From: a virus | Length of the DNA: 64,000 nt | Direction: 5' to 3' (one strand) | Virus record (IMG/VR): IMGVR_UViG_3300037851_000757 | Coordinates: 714 to 64,713 of that record | Shown: positions 23,839-32,481 of the stretch, piece by piece | Numbering within the stretch: the first letter of the stretch is position 1 | Layout of the letters: the number at the start of each line of letters is the position of its first letter | The notes under the pieces: model-generated | The model's input: the letters and a program-made list of their open reading frames with translations, nothing else | Databases searched by the model: none | What the model was told of the DNA's origin: nothing | Program-made: the position numbers and the translations under genes

Positions 23839-26528
23839 TGCCAACAAAAACCGAAGCAATCAAAAAATTTCTAACAATTAAGACCCATAATGATTTGGCC
23901 AATCTCTATACCTATGATATGGAGTGCCAAATTAATGTTTCTCAGGACGGTGGAGATCGAATTGAAGGGGAATTCCAAGGAAGAAAATGGCGTGGGTGGA
24001 CGGACGGCCTAACTACTTGGAAACCTTTTAGAATCCCTCGTAACGCTGGGACTACGCCCGAATATGAAGATTCTGAAATTAAATTTAATTTTGAAGAACA
24101 CGTTGAAGCAATTGGAATGACCGGGTGGGATTGGAAAAATCGATGCTCAAAATGGGTGGCTTTTGATTTTGATGCTATAGTTGGACATAGTGAAAAACAC
24201 GCCAAAAAATTAACTGAAGAACAACTTAAAGAAATTAAGGAAGTTGCTTTTGGCGTCCCTTGGGTAACAATTAGAAAATCAACATCTGGAACAGGTCTTC
24301 ATCTTTATATTTTCTTAAATAATGTTCCAACTGAAAACCACAGTGAACACGCGGCTCTTGGAAGAGCTATTATTGGAGTTTTGTCTGCTTTGACAGCCTA
24401 CGATTTCCAGAATCAAGTTGATATTTGTGGTGGAAATATGTGGGTTTGGCATCGAAAGATGCAAGGAACAGACGGTCTTACTCTTATTAAACAGGGAGAA
24501 ATTTTTTATGATATCCCAAAGAATTGGAGAGATCATGTCAAAGTTATCACAGGACACCGAAGAAAAAATCTTCCTCAACACATTGAGGCAATCGGACTCG
24601 CTGATACCTTTGAAGAGCTTTCTGGACAGTATCCTAAAATCCCACTCGATGAAGAACATAAAAAACTCATCGACTATCTCTCTAAAGAAAATGCCCTTTG
24701 GTGGTGGGACCAAGATCACCATGCTCTCGTTACCCATACCGTGTATCTTAAAAGAGCACATGACGCTCTCAATTTCAGAGGAATCTTTGACACTAACTCT
24801 CCAGCAACAAATCTTAGTGAACAAAATTGCTTCGCATATCCTATGCGTCGTGGAAGCTGGACTGTTCGAAGATTTACTCCAGGAGTCAAAGAGCATGACT
24901 CTTGGGAACAAGATGGAGCCGGATGGACACGCTGTTACTTAAATCGTTCTCCAACATTTGCTTCTGCTTGTCGAAGTTTTGGCGGTCTTGAAGATCCTTC
25001 TGGAGGATTTATTTTTAGAGATGCTGAAGGAGCAATCCAAGCAGCCCTTGCTATTGGAGTTCATCTTCATGTAGGGACGCCTCAGCGTGGACGAGAAACA
25101 AAATTAAGCCTCCATAAAGACGGAAGATTGATTTCTGAAATCGAATACAAACCAACAGACAGAATTGAAGAAATGTCTGGATGGCTTCCTAAAAAAGGAA
25201 AAACATGGTTAAAGATTCATACCGTTCAATCAATGTCTCCAACTGAAAGTGAGCATCAAAGCTATGATGATATTGTAAGGCATTTAGTAACAACAACCAA
25301 TGAAGATTATGGATGGATGATAAAATCAGACAGTATCTGGAGAATTGAACCTCTCGCGCATATTCGCGTAGCTCTTGGAGCAATGGGGTTAAATTCTAAA
25401 GACATTACTTCGATTTTAGGATCAAGCGTTTTTAAATGTTGGAATATTGTAAATAAGCCATTTCAACCAGAATACCCTGGAGATCGAGAATGGAATCGAA
25501 ATGCAGCGCGTCTTCGATTTGTCCCATCAACATACAGTGAAAGTCTCTATTATCCACATTGGACAAAAATTCTTAATCATTGTGGAAAAGGACTTGATGA
25601 AGCAGTCAGACGAAACGGTTGGTGTAAAGCTAATGGAATTTTAACAGGTGGAGATTATCTTAAATGTTGGATAGCTTCACTTTTTAAGGAACCTCATGAA
25701 CCACTTCCATATCTCTTCTTTTATTCAATGCAACAAGGAACAGGAAAATCAATTTTTCATGAAGCCCTTAGTCTCCTTCTCACACGCGGGTATCAGCGTG
25801 CGGATGCAGCTCTTATCTCTCAAGCTGGTTTTAATGCAGAATTGGAAGGTGGCATTATTTGCGTTGTTGAGGAAACAGATCTTCGTAAAAATCAACAGGC
25901 ATATAATCGTATTAAAGATTGGGTCACCTCCCGTGATTTGCTTATACATTGTAAAGGGAAAACTCCTTATCATATCCCCAACACAACACATTGGATACAA
26001 TGCTCGAATAACCATCAATCGTGTCCTATCTTTCAAGGAGATACACGAATAACTATGAGCTATGTTGAGCCTCTCGACCCTCTTGAGCTAATTCCAAAGA
26101 AGAGGCTAATTCCTTTACTTGAAAAAGAAGCGAGTGATTTTTTGTCAGCAGTTATGAATCTTGATTTACCACCATCAACTGATAGGTTAAATGTTCCAGT
26201 TATTGAGACTGAAGATAAATTAATGCTTCAAAAAATAAATGAGACTCCTTTAGAAAGATTCTTGAGTGACGAAACTCTCCCAAAAAACGGGCATTTAATA
26301 AAATTCTCAATTTTCTATGAAAGATTTGTGGAATCACTTGATGTAAGTGAACAGACTGCTTGGTCAAAAATACGAACACGTCGGGAGCTTCCTTCAACAT
26401 TCCCATATGGAAGGGAACACGGAACAGGACAATTTCATATTGGAAACATAGCTTGGAAGGAAGATACTGATCCTCCAGGTATAAGATATATTTTAAAGGA
26501 GGGATATCTTGAGCAAGAGACTAACTGA
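23838..26528 (+). CDS. Primase-helicase (AEP-like N-terminus plus D5/SF3-like NTPase)
   Basis: VAFDFD and GLHLY primase motifs; QGTGKS Walker A, VVEE, SNN. Confidence 0.85.
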   Translation: MPTKTEAIKKFLTIKTHNDLANLYTYDMECQINVSQDGGDRIEGEFQGRKWRGWTDGLTTWKPFRIPRNAGTTPEYEDSEIKFNFEEHVEAIGMTGWDWKNRCSKWVAFDFDAIVGHSEKHAKKLTEEQLKEIKEVAFGVPWVTIRKSTSGTGLHLYIFLNNVPTENHSEHAALGRAIIGVLSALTAYDFQNQVDICGGNMWVWHRKMQGTDGLTLIKQGEIFYDIPKNWRDHVKVITGHRRKNLPQHIEAIGLADTFEELSGQYPKIPLDEEHKKLIDYLSKENALWWWDQDHHALVTHTVYLKRAHDALNFRGIFDTNSPATNLSEQNCFAYPMRRGSWTVRRFTPGVKEHDSWEQDGAGWTRCYLNRSPTFASACRSFGGLEDPSGGFIFRDAEGAIQAALAIGVHLHVGTPQRGRETKLSLHKDGRLISEIEYKPTDRIEEMSGWLPKKGKTWLKIHTVQSMSPTESEHQSYDDIVRHLVTTTNEDYGWMIKSDSIWRIEPLAHIRVALGAMGLNSKDITSILGSSVFKCWNIVNKPFQPEYPGDREWNRNAARLRFVPSTYSESLYYPHWTKILNHCGKGLDEAVRRNGWCKANGILTGGDYLKCWIASLFKEPHEPLPYLFFYSMQQGTGKSIFHEALSLLLTRGYQRADAALISQAGFNAELEGGIICVVEETDLRKNQQAYNRIKDWVTSRDLLIHCKGKTPYHIPNTTHWIQCSNNHQSCPIFQGDTRITMSYVEPLDPLELIPKKRLIPLLEKEASDFLSAVMNLDLPPSTDRLNVPVIETEDKLMLQKINETPLERFLSDETLPKNGHLIKFSIFYERFVESLDVSEQTAWSKIRTRRELPSTFPYGREHGTGQFHIGNIAWKEDTDPPGIRYILKEGYLEQETN

Positions 26529-26739
26529 TTTTCGAGTTTCAAGATATAATGAAGCCATAGCAAATGAGGTTTCTTATCGAGTCGTTCTCAATTTTGGAGA
26601 AATCAGAAAAGAGGAATGTTCCAAAATAATTACAGACCCAATATATTTTTGCGGGTATATTAAAGAAGAATCGAATATATTGGAAGTTGCAAATTTTTTC
26701 GAAGGGCTGTCCAAACAACTTAAAAGTCATTTACTATGA
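26509..26739 (+). CDS. Hypothetical protein
   Basis: GGAGG precedes the TTG start; operon packing. Confidence 0.55.
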   Translation: MSKRLTDFRVSRYNEAIANEVSYRVVLNFGEIRKEECSKIITDPIYFCGYIKEESNILEVANFFEGLSKQLKSHLL

Positions 26740-26954
26740 AATCGATTCGAGAAATCTTAGACGAACTACGAGAACACGAACGCCAGCAACTTATGTATGG
26801 TTTTGAGCACGAGTTTGCTCAATTTGTTTGTCTTCCGGGGAAAAAATTTATTGGTGTAAATGTAAAAGGAATCAAACACCTAAAAATTGAACAAGAGGCA
26901 GGCGTATGGGCAGTCGGCTCAATAATGGGAACCCCGAAGTGCGAACTAAAATAG
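26736..26954 (+). CDS. Hypothetical protein
   Basis: ATGA coupling with the upstream gene. Confidence 0.6.
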   Translation: MKSIREILDELREHERQQLMYGFEHEFAQFVCLPGKKFIGVNVKGIKHLKIEQEAGVWAVGSIMGTPKCELK

Positions 26955-27175
26955 ATTATCGGGCAGCTAAAGAAAATCAAATAGTTCATCAGGTTGTCTA
27001 TGAATGGTTAAAAACTACTAAATCCTCTAAGAAATTTGACCTGCTTAGAGATTGGCGAGATCAAAAAATTCTACTTTTAATTGATTTAAAGAATCTTAAA
27101 GTAAAACCAAAGAACCCAGAACGCTACTATTTTTTACAAAAATATGTAGGGAAATATCTTGGGGTGGATAAATGA
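26906..27175 (+). CDS. Hypothetical protein
   Basis: Operon packing; start uncertain. Confidence 0.5.
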   Translation: MGSRLNNGNPEVRTKIDYRAAKENQIVHQVVYEWLKTTKSSKKFDLLRDWRDQKILLLIDLKNLKVKPKNPERYYFLQKYVGKYLGVDK

Positions 27176-27420
27176 CACCAATACAATTTCCTGAATGTAA
27201 TGTAATTTTTGCAAAAGACCAAAAAGAATATTTGCCATTGCCGGCTTATCTTGAACTTTTTGGTTCTGGCCGAATTATTTCTTGTTGGAAAGCAACTTGG
27301 AAAGAAAGACTGATTTTTCTTTTAACAGGACGAATCTGGTTACAGATTCTAACTTTTTCTGAAAAACTCCAGCCTCAGTTTTTAGGCTTAACTGACCCTT
27401 TTATAAAGGAAAAAAAATGA
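27172..27420 (+). CDS. Small conserved-looking phage protein
   Basis: FPECN..FAKDQKEYLPLPA...ISCW..TWKERL pattern; ATGA coupling. Confidence 0.65.
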   Translation: MTPIQFPECNVIFAKDQKEYLPLPAYLELFGSGRIISCWKATWKERLIFLLTGRIWLQILTFSEKLQPQFLGLTDPFIKEKK

Positions 27421-28304
27421 CTGATTTGATGAATCTTTTTAATGACCTTGATAGACAGACTTCTGAAAAAGATCCAAAAGATAGAATTTTACGTGCTCCT
27501 TTTGGGTATCCTGGTGGTAAAACAAGAAGCCTTGCAAATATTATAAAACATCTTCCATACAAACCTATTTATGTAGAACCTTTTGGAGGATCTGCCTCTC
27601 TTTTATTGGCTCGACAACCTGTAAAATTAGAGGTTTTCAATGATCGGTATGCTGGAGTTGTTGCTTTTTATCGTTGTCTTCGGCATCCGGAAAAATATAA
27701 ACAGCTTATAGATTATTTGGAACTTACCGTCCATTCGCGGGAAGATTTTATTGATGCAAAACAAACTTGGTGTGATGAATCTGATGATGTGATTCGGGCC
27801 GCTAAGTGGTATTATATGATTAGCTATAGTTTTGGGTCACTCGGTAGAAATTTTGGGCGTTCAATAAGTATGAATGGAGTCTTAGCCGGAAAAATTACTA
27901 ATAAATTAAAATATTTTCCACTTATTCATAGTCGTTTACAAAAAGTTCAAATTGAAAATCAAGATTGGAAGGATTGCCTCCATGATTACGATTCTAAAGA
28001 TACTGTATTCTATATTGACCCTCCTTATATTGATGCCTATCCTGGTACTTATGAAATTGAACTTAATAAAAAATCCCACATCGATCTCATTGGTACGATC
28101 TTTCATCTTAAGGGATTTGTGGCCTTAAGCGGATACAGTAATCCTATTTATGAAAATCGAGACTGGGATGCTCGATACGCTTGGGATTCTTTTGTTAGTA
28201 TAGATCCTTGTGCATTTACCGAAACAAATTACAAAGAAAATTTAAAATGTTCTGTTAAAAGACAAAAGGCAGAGGAGATTTTATGGATCAAAGAAGTCCA
28301 TTAA
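27417..28304 (+). CDS. dam: DNA adenine methyltransferase (Dam/D12 class)
   Basis: YPGGK, YVEPFGGSAS, FND, FYIDPPY. Target specificity is not established. Confidence 0.9.
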   Translation: MTDLMNLFNDLDRQTSEKDPKDRILRAPFGYPGGKTRSLANIIKHLPYKPIYVEPFGGSASLLLARQPVKLEVFNDRYAGVVAFYRCLRHPEKYKQLIDYLELTVHSREDFIDAKQTWCDESDDVIRAAKWYYMISYSFGSLGRNFGRSISMNGVLAGKITNKLKYFPLIHSRLQKVQIENQDWKDCLHDYDSKDTVFYIDPPYIDAYPGTYEIELNKKSHIDLIGTIFHLKGFVALSGYSNPIYENRDWDARYAWDSFVSIDPCAFTETNYKENLKCSVKRQKAEEILWIKEVH

Positions 28305-28861
28305 GTCTATCAGACTATGAATGGGCAGCGTCTGAATTAGGCTGTCAACGAGAAGTTATACAAGCTGTTGCTCAAGTAGAATCAATAAAAGATGGGTTCT
28401 TTCCTAATGGCCATCCCAAGATTCTTTTTGAAGGACATATTTTTCACAAATATACTAAAGGTTACTTTGATTTGTCCTATCCGACTCTTTCTTTTCGATC
28501 TTGGACACGAAAATATTATGGCAAAACTTGGAAGATTGAACTATCAAGATTTAATACCGCTCAAATTCTAAATCGTCCAGCAGCTATTTATGCTTCTTCT
28601 TGGGGAAAATTTCAAATAATGGGCTTTAACTGGGGCTGCACCGGATCTAAAAGCGAAGAAGATTTTGTGCGGAACATGAAGGTGAATGAACAAGAACACT
28701 TAAAAGCATTTGTTAGTCTTCTTAAAAGCTGGAAACTTAATCCAGTCTTAGCGTCTTGTGATTGGAGGAGATTTGCAAAAGTCTATAATGGAGCGGGCTA
28801 TGAAGCAAACAACTATCATAAAAAACTTGAAACCGCCTATGAAACGTTGCTCAATTATTGA
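28283..28861 (+). CDS. N-acetylmuramidase-family endolysin (DUF3380-like)
   Basis: AVAQVES..GF...PKILFEGHIF, ASSWGKFQIMGFN, FAKVYNG.GY..NNYHKKL. Confidence 0.9.
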   Translation: MDQRSPLSLSDYEWAASELGCQREVIQAVAQVESIKDGFFPNGHPKILFEGHIFHKYTKGYFDLSYPTLSFRSWTRKYYGKTWKIELSRFNTAQILNRPAAIYASSWGKFQIMGFNWGCTGSKSEEDFVRNMKVNEQEHLKAFVSLLKSWKLNPVLASCDWRRFAKVYNGAGYEANNYHKKLETAYETLLNY

Positions 28862-28973
28862 TCTTCAGGAGTATAAGAAACAACATATTGAGCGGCTAAA
28901 ACAAAAATGTCGGAAGAGTCTTTCTGAAGCTCTTTTACAAGTTTCTGAAAAATCTTCTGCATGGGAGGACTAA
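28839..28973 (+). CDS. Small hypothetical protein
   Basis: 3' part of track ORF 28758..28973; bridges the endolysin and exonuclease. Confidence 0.35.
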   Translation: MKRCSIIDLQEYKKQHIERLKQKCRKSLSEALLQVSEKSSAWED

Positions 28974-29602
28974 TGGCAAGATCTATGCAGCATTGGAATG
29001 GGCATCTTCTTTGTGCAATTGATACTGAAACGTCTGGTCTTGACCCTTTTTGGCATGAGATTTTGCAAATCTGTATTTTGCCACTTGACTCAAATATAGA
29101 ACCTCTTCAAGATCATTTGCCTTTTTATATTAATCTTATCCCAGAGCATCCTGAACGAGTTTCCCAAGAAGCTCTTAATAAAAATGGATTGGATATGGCC
29201 GAATTGACTTTAAAGGGAATAGATAAGGTCAAGGCTATAGATCTCTTTGAAGACTGGATAAAGCAGTTAAAACTCCCGACAACAAAATATGGAACCCCAA
29301 AACAACTAATGCCACTTGGTCATAACTACAGTTTTGATCGAGCCTTTATTATTTCTTGGCTTGGGAATGATCTCTACAATCAATATTTTAATTATCATCA
29401 TCATGATACGATGATAGCTGCTCACTATTTAAACGATCGAGCTGCTTTCCATGCTGAAAAAGTTCCTTTTAGCAAGACAAACCTTCAATGGCTTTGCACC
29501 ACATTAAATATAAAATCGGAAAGAGCACATACAGCTCTTTCCGATTGTGTCTCAACTGCTCAGGTCTATAAGAAATTACTCGCTCGCGGCTTGATTGCAT
29601 GA
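28961..29602 (+). CDS. DEDDh 3'-5' exonuclease
   Basis: IDTETSGL, GHNYSFD, DT, HTALSD. Confidence 0.9.
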   Translation: MGGLMARSMQHWNGHLLCAIDTETSGLDPFWHEILQICILPLDSNIEPLQDHLPFYINLIPEHPERVSQEALNKNGLDMAELTLKGIDKVKAIDLFEDWIKQLKLPTTKYGTPKQLMPLGHNYSFDRAFIISWLGNDLYNQYFNYHHHDTMIAAHYLNDRAAFHAEKVPFSKTNLQWLCTTLNIKSERAHTALSDCVSTAQVYKKLLARGLIA

Positions 29603-29830
29603 TGCACAAACTATCTGAGTGACCTCTTTATCGAACAGACTACATTCTATAATAGTTTCTATTTTACCGCAAGAGAGCTGCTCAGATGTTAAAAATCGAT
29701 AAGAGCATTCTGGAATAACAGGATGGGCCAGATACTTATTTTTAAAATCTAAAACATACCCAGGCGGAGGTTCTGGATTCCCGCGCATAGGTGCAAAGCA
29801 GTCACCGTTTGGAAGCTTCCGCCATAGCAT
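29576..29830 (-). CDS. Small Cys-rich protein, last gene of the late arm
   Basis: C..R, CG, EC, CASC; convergent with the exonuclease. Confidence 0.65.
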   Translation of the reverse strand: MLWRKLPNGDCFAPMRGNPEPPPGYVLDFKNKYLAHPVIPECSYRFLTSEQLSCGKIETIIECSLFDKEVTQIVCASCNQAASE

Positions 29831-30101
29831 CTTTGTGTCTCCTTACAAGACGATCTTTTCTAAGTCTTACAATTTCATTAATTTGACCATTTGTTAATCT
29901 TTCTTCAAGTTCTTTAATTCCTATTGAATTTGCCCCTTCACAGATTTCTGTAATCTTGTGTAAAAGAACATCATCAAGCTTTGTTGGGGTCAATTTTACA
30001 ATGGCTTTTGCGGCTCCAAGACCAGAACCACCTCCAAGAAGAAAGACAATACACCCTGTTAAAAATTGATGCTTATCTATCCAATCTAAAAGAAAATCCA
30101 T
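29802..30101 (-). CDS. Holin-like membrane protein
   Basis: N-terminal TM segment, then IVKLTPTKLDD seen in small holins, and a basic C-terminus. Confidence 0.5.
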   Translation of the reverse strand: MDFLLDWIDKHQFLTGCIVFLLGGGSGLGAAKAIVKLTPTKLDDVLLHKITEICEGANSIGIKELEERLTNGQINEIVRLRKDRLVRRHKDAMAEASKR

Positions 30102-30110
30102 AGTCTCTCC

Positions 30111-30434
30111 TTAGATTTTATGGCATCTATTACAGTCAACAGTTTTTTCAGCGTGTTTTTTGTGATATTTTGTTTGCCATAAAATAAAAACTTTTTTAGT
30201 TGACCCTGAATGACAACTTCCGCAACTATCAAATGCATTTTCACGATTAGGAGTTTTAATTGGTACTTGATCTATCCAACATTTAGGACAAAGTGAGTCC
30301 CATAATGGTGTAAATTCATTTTGAAAACAACGTAACTTACCGGCTTCTTCAATACAAGGGATGAATCCACTTTGAAGAGCTGCAACTGAGGAAGCAAAGA
30401 AAATTAAGATGGGAATAATAATAATTTTTTTCAC
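30111..30434 (-). CDS. Exported di-heme c-type cytochrome
   Basis: Sec-type signal MKKIIIIPILIFFASSVAA; CGSCH and CNRCH; extra His pair YHKKH; additional CPKCW; GGAG plus GTG start. Confidence 0.75.
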   Translation of the reverse strand: MKKIIIIPILIFFASSVAALQSGFIPCIEEAGKLRCFQNEFTPLWDSLCPKCWIDQVPIKTPNRENAFDSCGSCHSGSTKKVFILWQTKYHKKHAEKTVDCNRCHKI

Positions 30435-30444
30435 TTTAGTCTCC

Positions 30445-30885
30445 TTATTTTATCCAAGGTAAAACTTTTGTTCTGTCTTCCTGAATTTGATATTTTAAAT
30501 AGCATCTATCTTTTAGAGAAATTGGTGTAGAAATTGTCTGGAACTTTATTAAATCATCACCAATTATAATAACTTCAGGTCCGAGATTTTCTTGTATAAA
30601 TTTAATTTTGGGCAAAAGATAATTAGCGAGTTCTTGATAAGTTCCAGATGTATCAATAATCTTTTCAGCCCCATCAAGAAACTTTGAAATTTCTTTTTTC
30701 CCAATATTTTCAAGTTTGCTGATTTCATAAATCGATAATTTAATAATTGTGTTAGTTGTTTGTAGATTTGGGAAAAATTGTTCAATATAACTTCCATCGG
30801 GGAATTCTTTACAAATGCTAACAGGTTTTGTTGGAGCTATACATCCAACAATAATTACTAAAAAAAGAAGAAGATATAATTTCAT
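30445..30885 (-). CDS. Lipoprotein
   Basis: MKLYLLLFLVIIVG-C lipobox-like signal; AGGAG SD. Confidence 0.7.
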   Translation of the reverse strand: MKLYLLLFLVIIVGCIAPTKPVSICKEFPDGSYIEQFFPNLQTTNTIIKLSIYEISKLENIGKKEISKFLDGAEKIIDTSGTYQELANYLLPKIKFIQENLGPEVIIIGDDLIKFQTISTPISLKDRCYLKYQIQEDRTKVLPWIK

Positions 30886-30894
30886 GATAGGCTC

Positions 30895-31659
30895 CTATTC
30901 AATTATAACATTAGAAGGATTACTCATTCTTGTTTGAATTAACCAGGGTTGGACTGCTGCATGAGTTTTGCTTGTCCCATAAATAGACTCTTTCAGAACT
31001 CCATCAATTTTTCCTACTGCCTTAACTTCAAAACGAACAGAGTCTTCTTCAGAAAGAATTTTAATAGGAATTTCTTTTTGAGCAGTTTCCCCTTGAAAAA
31101 TTACAGTAGAAGTTTTTTCTTTGACTCCTCGAAACTTGAAAGAAGGTTCTGTTACATTACTTTGTTCCCAATTCCAAGCGAATGTTATAAGTTCTCCAAT
31201 CTTCTTTTTATATAAAAGAATCTCAAGTGGGGTCAATGAAAGCTCATTAGTTAAAAGAAACATATCAACTTTAGTGTTTGATTCCCGTCCTGAAATTGTA
31301 AGGGTATGCTCTCCCTCCGGAAGGTCAAACTCACTGTCATTAAAACGATCCCAAGCAAAAGTTCCACGAGTTCCAACTGGTGTCATCCAGACATATTTTG
31401 TGCCAGTATTCATTGTTACAAAAACAGAGTTTTCTGCGTCAGAGGCTCTTTCGAATCGTCCCCAAAGGGCATACTTTCCAGCAGTTTTTATATTGATTTT
31501 AAAAATCGCAGTACCGGCATTTGAAGCAGTAGCCCAAATAAAAGAATCGCCAGCGGAGAACCCAGTAAGCTGAGCAGATTCAGCCTCAAAGTAAATCTGC
31601 TCAGCTTTACACGTTCCCCCAAATGCCAACAGCGCAAGAAGGAGAATTAGTTTTTTCAT
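30895..31659 (-). CDS. Exported protein with a CBM6/CBM35-like jelly-roll and an Fn3-like domain
   Basis: Signal peptide; FEAES; YALWGR; LPEGEHTLTISGRE.NTKVDMFLLT; C-terminal FAWNW...FEVKAV. Confidence 0.65.
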   Translation of the reverse strand: MKKLILLLALLAFGGTCKAEQIYFEAESAQLTGFSAGDSFIWATASNAGTAIFKINIKTAGKYALWGRFERASDAENSVFVTMNTGTKYVWMTPVGTRGTFAWDRFNDSEFDLPEGEHTLTISGRESNTKVDMFLLTNELSLTPLEILLYKKKIGELITFAWNWEQSNVTEPSFKFRGVKEKTSTVIFQGETAQKEIPIKILSEEDSVRFEVKAVGKIDGVLKESIYGTSKTHAAVQPWLIQTRMSNPSNVIIE

Positions 31660-32060
31660 TGGACAATTACCTCAATAATGACATCAAAAGGAAGCCCAAC
31701 ATTTGAAAATGGAATAACAAATTCAAGATAATCAAGTCCTGTAACAGTTTTTCCCTGAACACGATCTGTCATGTTCCCATTTTTTGAGACAGCCGCAATT
31801 GAAAAATATCTTTTGACTGTTTCTCCAGGCGTCCCCGTTACTGTAACTTGTTTTGAAACTGTAAGAGAAGTTTGTCCAGTGTATGGAACAACTTCTATTT
31901 TCGTGGGGGTAACAGTCGGGGAATCTGCCATGTAAAGAACCCACTCTTTTAGATTCACCAAATCTTCTGTGGGCTGTTTCCAAGACATTTTGACTGTTTC
32001 AGCAAAAACGACAGATGCCATGAGACAAAGAACCAGACTAATTAGACAGCTTTTTTTCAT
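31656..32060 (-). CDS. Exported Fn3/Ig-like protein
   Basis: Signal MKKSCLISLVLCLMASVVFA; MSWKQP...YFSIAAVSKNGN. Confidence 0.65.
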   Translation of the reverse strand: MKKSCLISLVLCLMASVVFAETVKMSWKQPTEDLVNLKEWVLYMADSPTVTPTKIEVVPYTGQTSLTVSKQVTVTGTPGETVKRYFSIAAVSKNGNMTDRVQGKTVTGLDYLEFVIPFSNVGLPFDVIIEVIVQ

Positions 32061-32469
32061 TTACTCCTCCATTGAGTTTGTGGAGTGTCTCCACTTTGTT
32101 TTCAAGCCGCTCCAAACGAGCGTCTTGTCGTTGATTCTCACGATCAATAAGACCGCCAAAAAGTTTTAAATTTTCATTTGTATGGGTTAGTTGCGTTTGG
32201 ACAATTTGGACACTTCCAATAAGTTGTGTAACCTGATTAGAAAGTGCTCCCATTTCTCCTTTCATTGTCCAAAGAAACATTAGTAAAAGAATACATAGTC
32301 CCCCCAGGCCACTGATTATAAGATAAAATGTCAAGGTTGTCGGCCTTGCTTTTACCCCGCTCCAGATGTCGTCTAATTTCGCATCAACGGGCTTACAAAT
32401 TGTTTCACAGGCCATTGGGGGTGTCGTCCTCCTTTCGTGGTGTCTTCTGTTTGCATCCTCGCCTTCCAT
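32038..32469 (-). CDS. Single-TM coiled-coil membrane protein (i-spanin- or holin-like topology)
   Basis: TM FYLIISGLGGLCILLLMFLW followed by a long heptad region. Confidence 0.6.
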   Translation of the reverse strand: MEGEDANRRHHERRTTPPMACETICKPVDAKLDDIWSGVKARPTTLTFYLIISGLGGLCILLLMFLWTMKGEMGALSNQVTQLIGSVQIVQTQLTHTNENLKLFGGLIDRENQRQDARLERLENKVETLHKLNGGVNEKKLSN

Positions 32470-32481
32470 TTCTTTCTCCTT

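Noticed and set aside
11842-27417. Complete DNA hypermodification pathway (ThyX, nucleotidase, DUF3310, ParBs, FkbM)
   Set aside because: No recognisable base-modifying transferase, hydroxymethylase, dZ or 7-deazaguanine genes; the genes are dispersed and have ordinary explanations.
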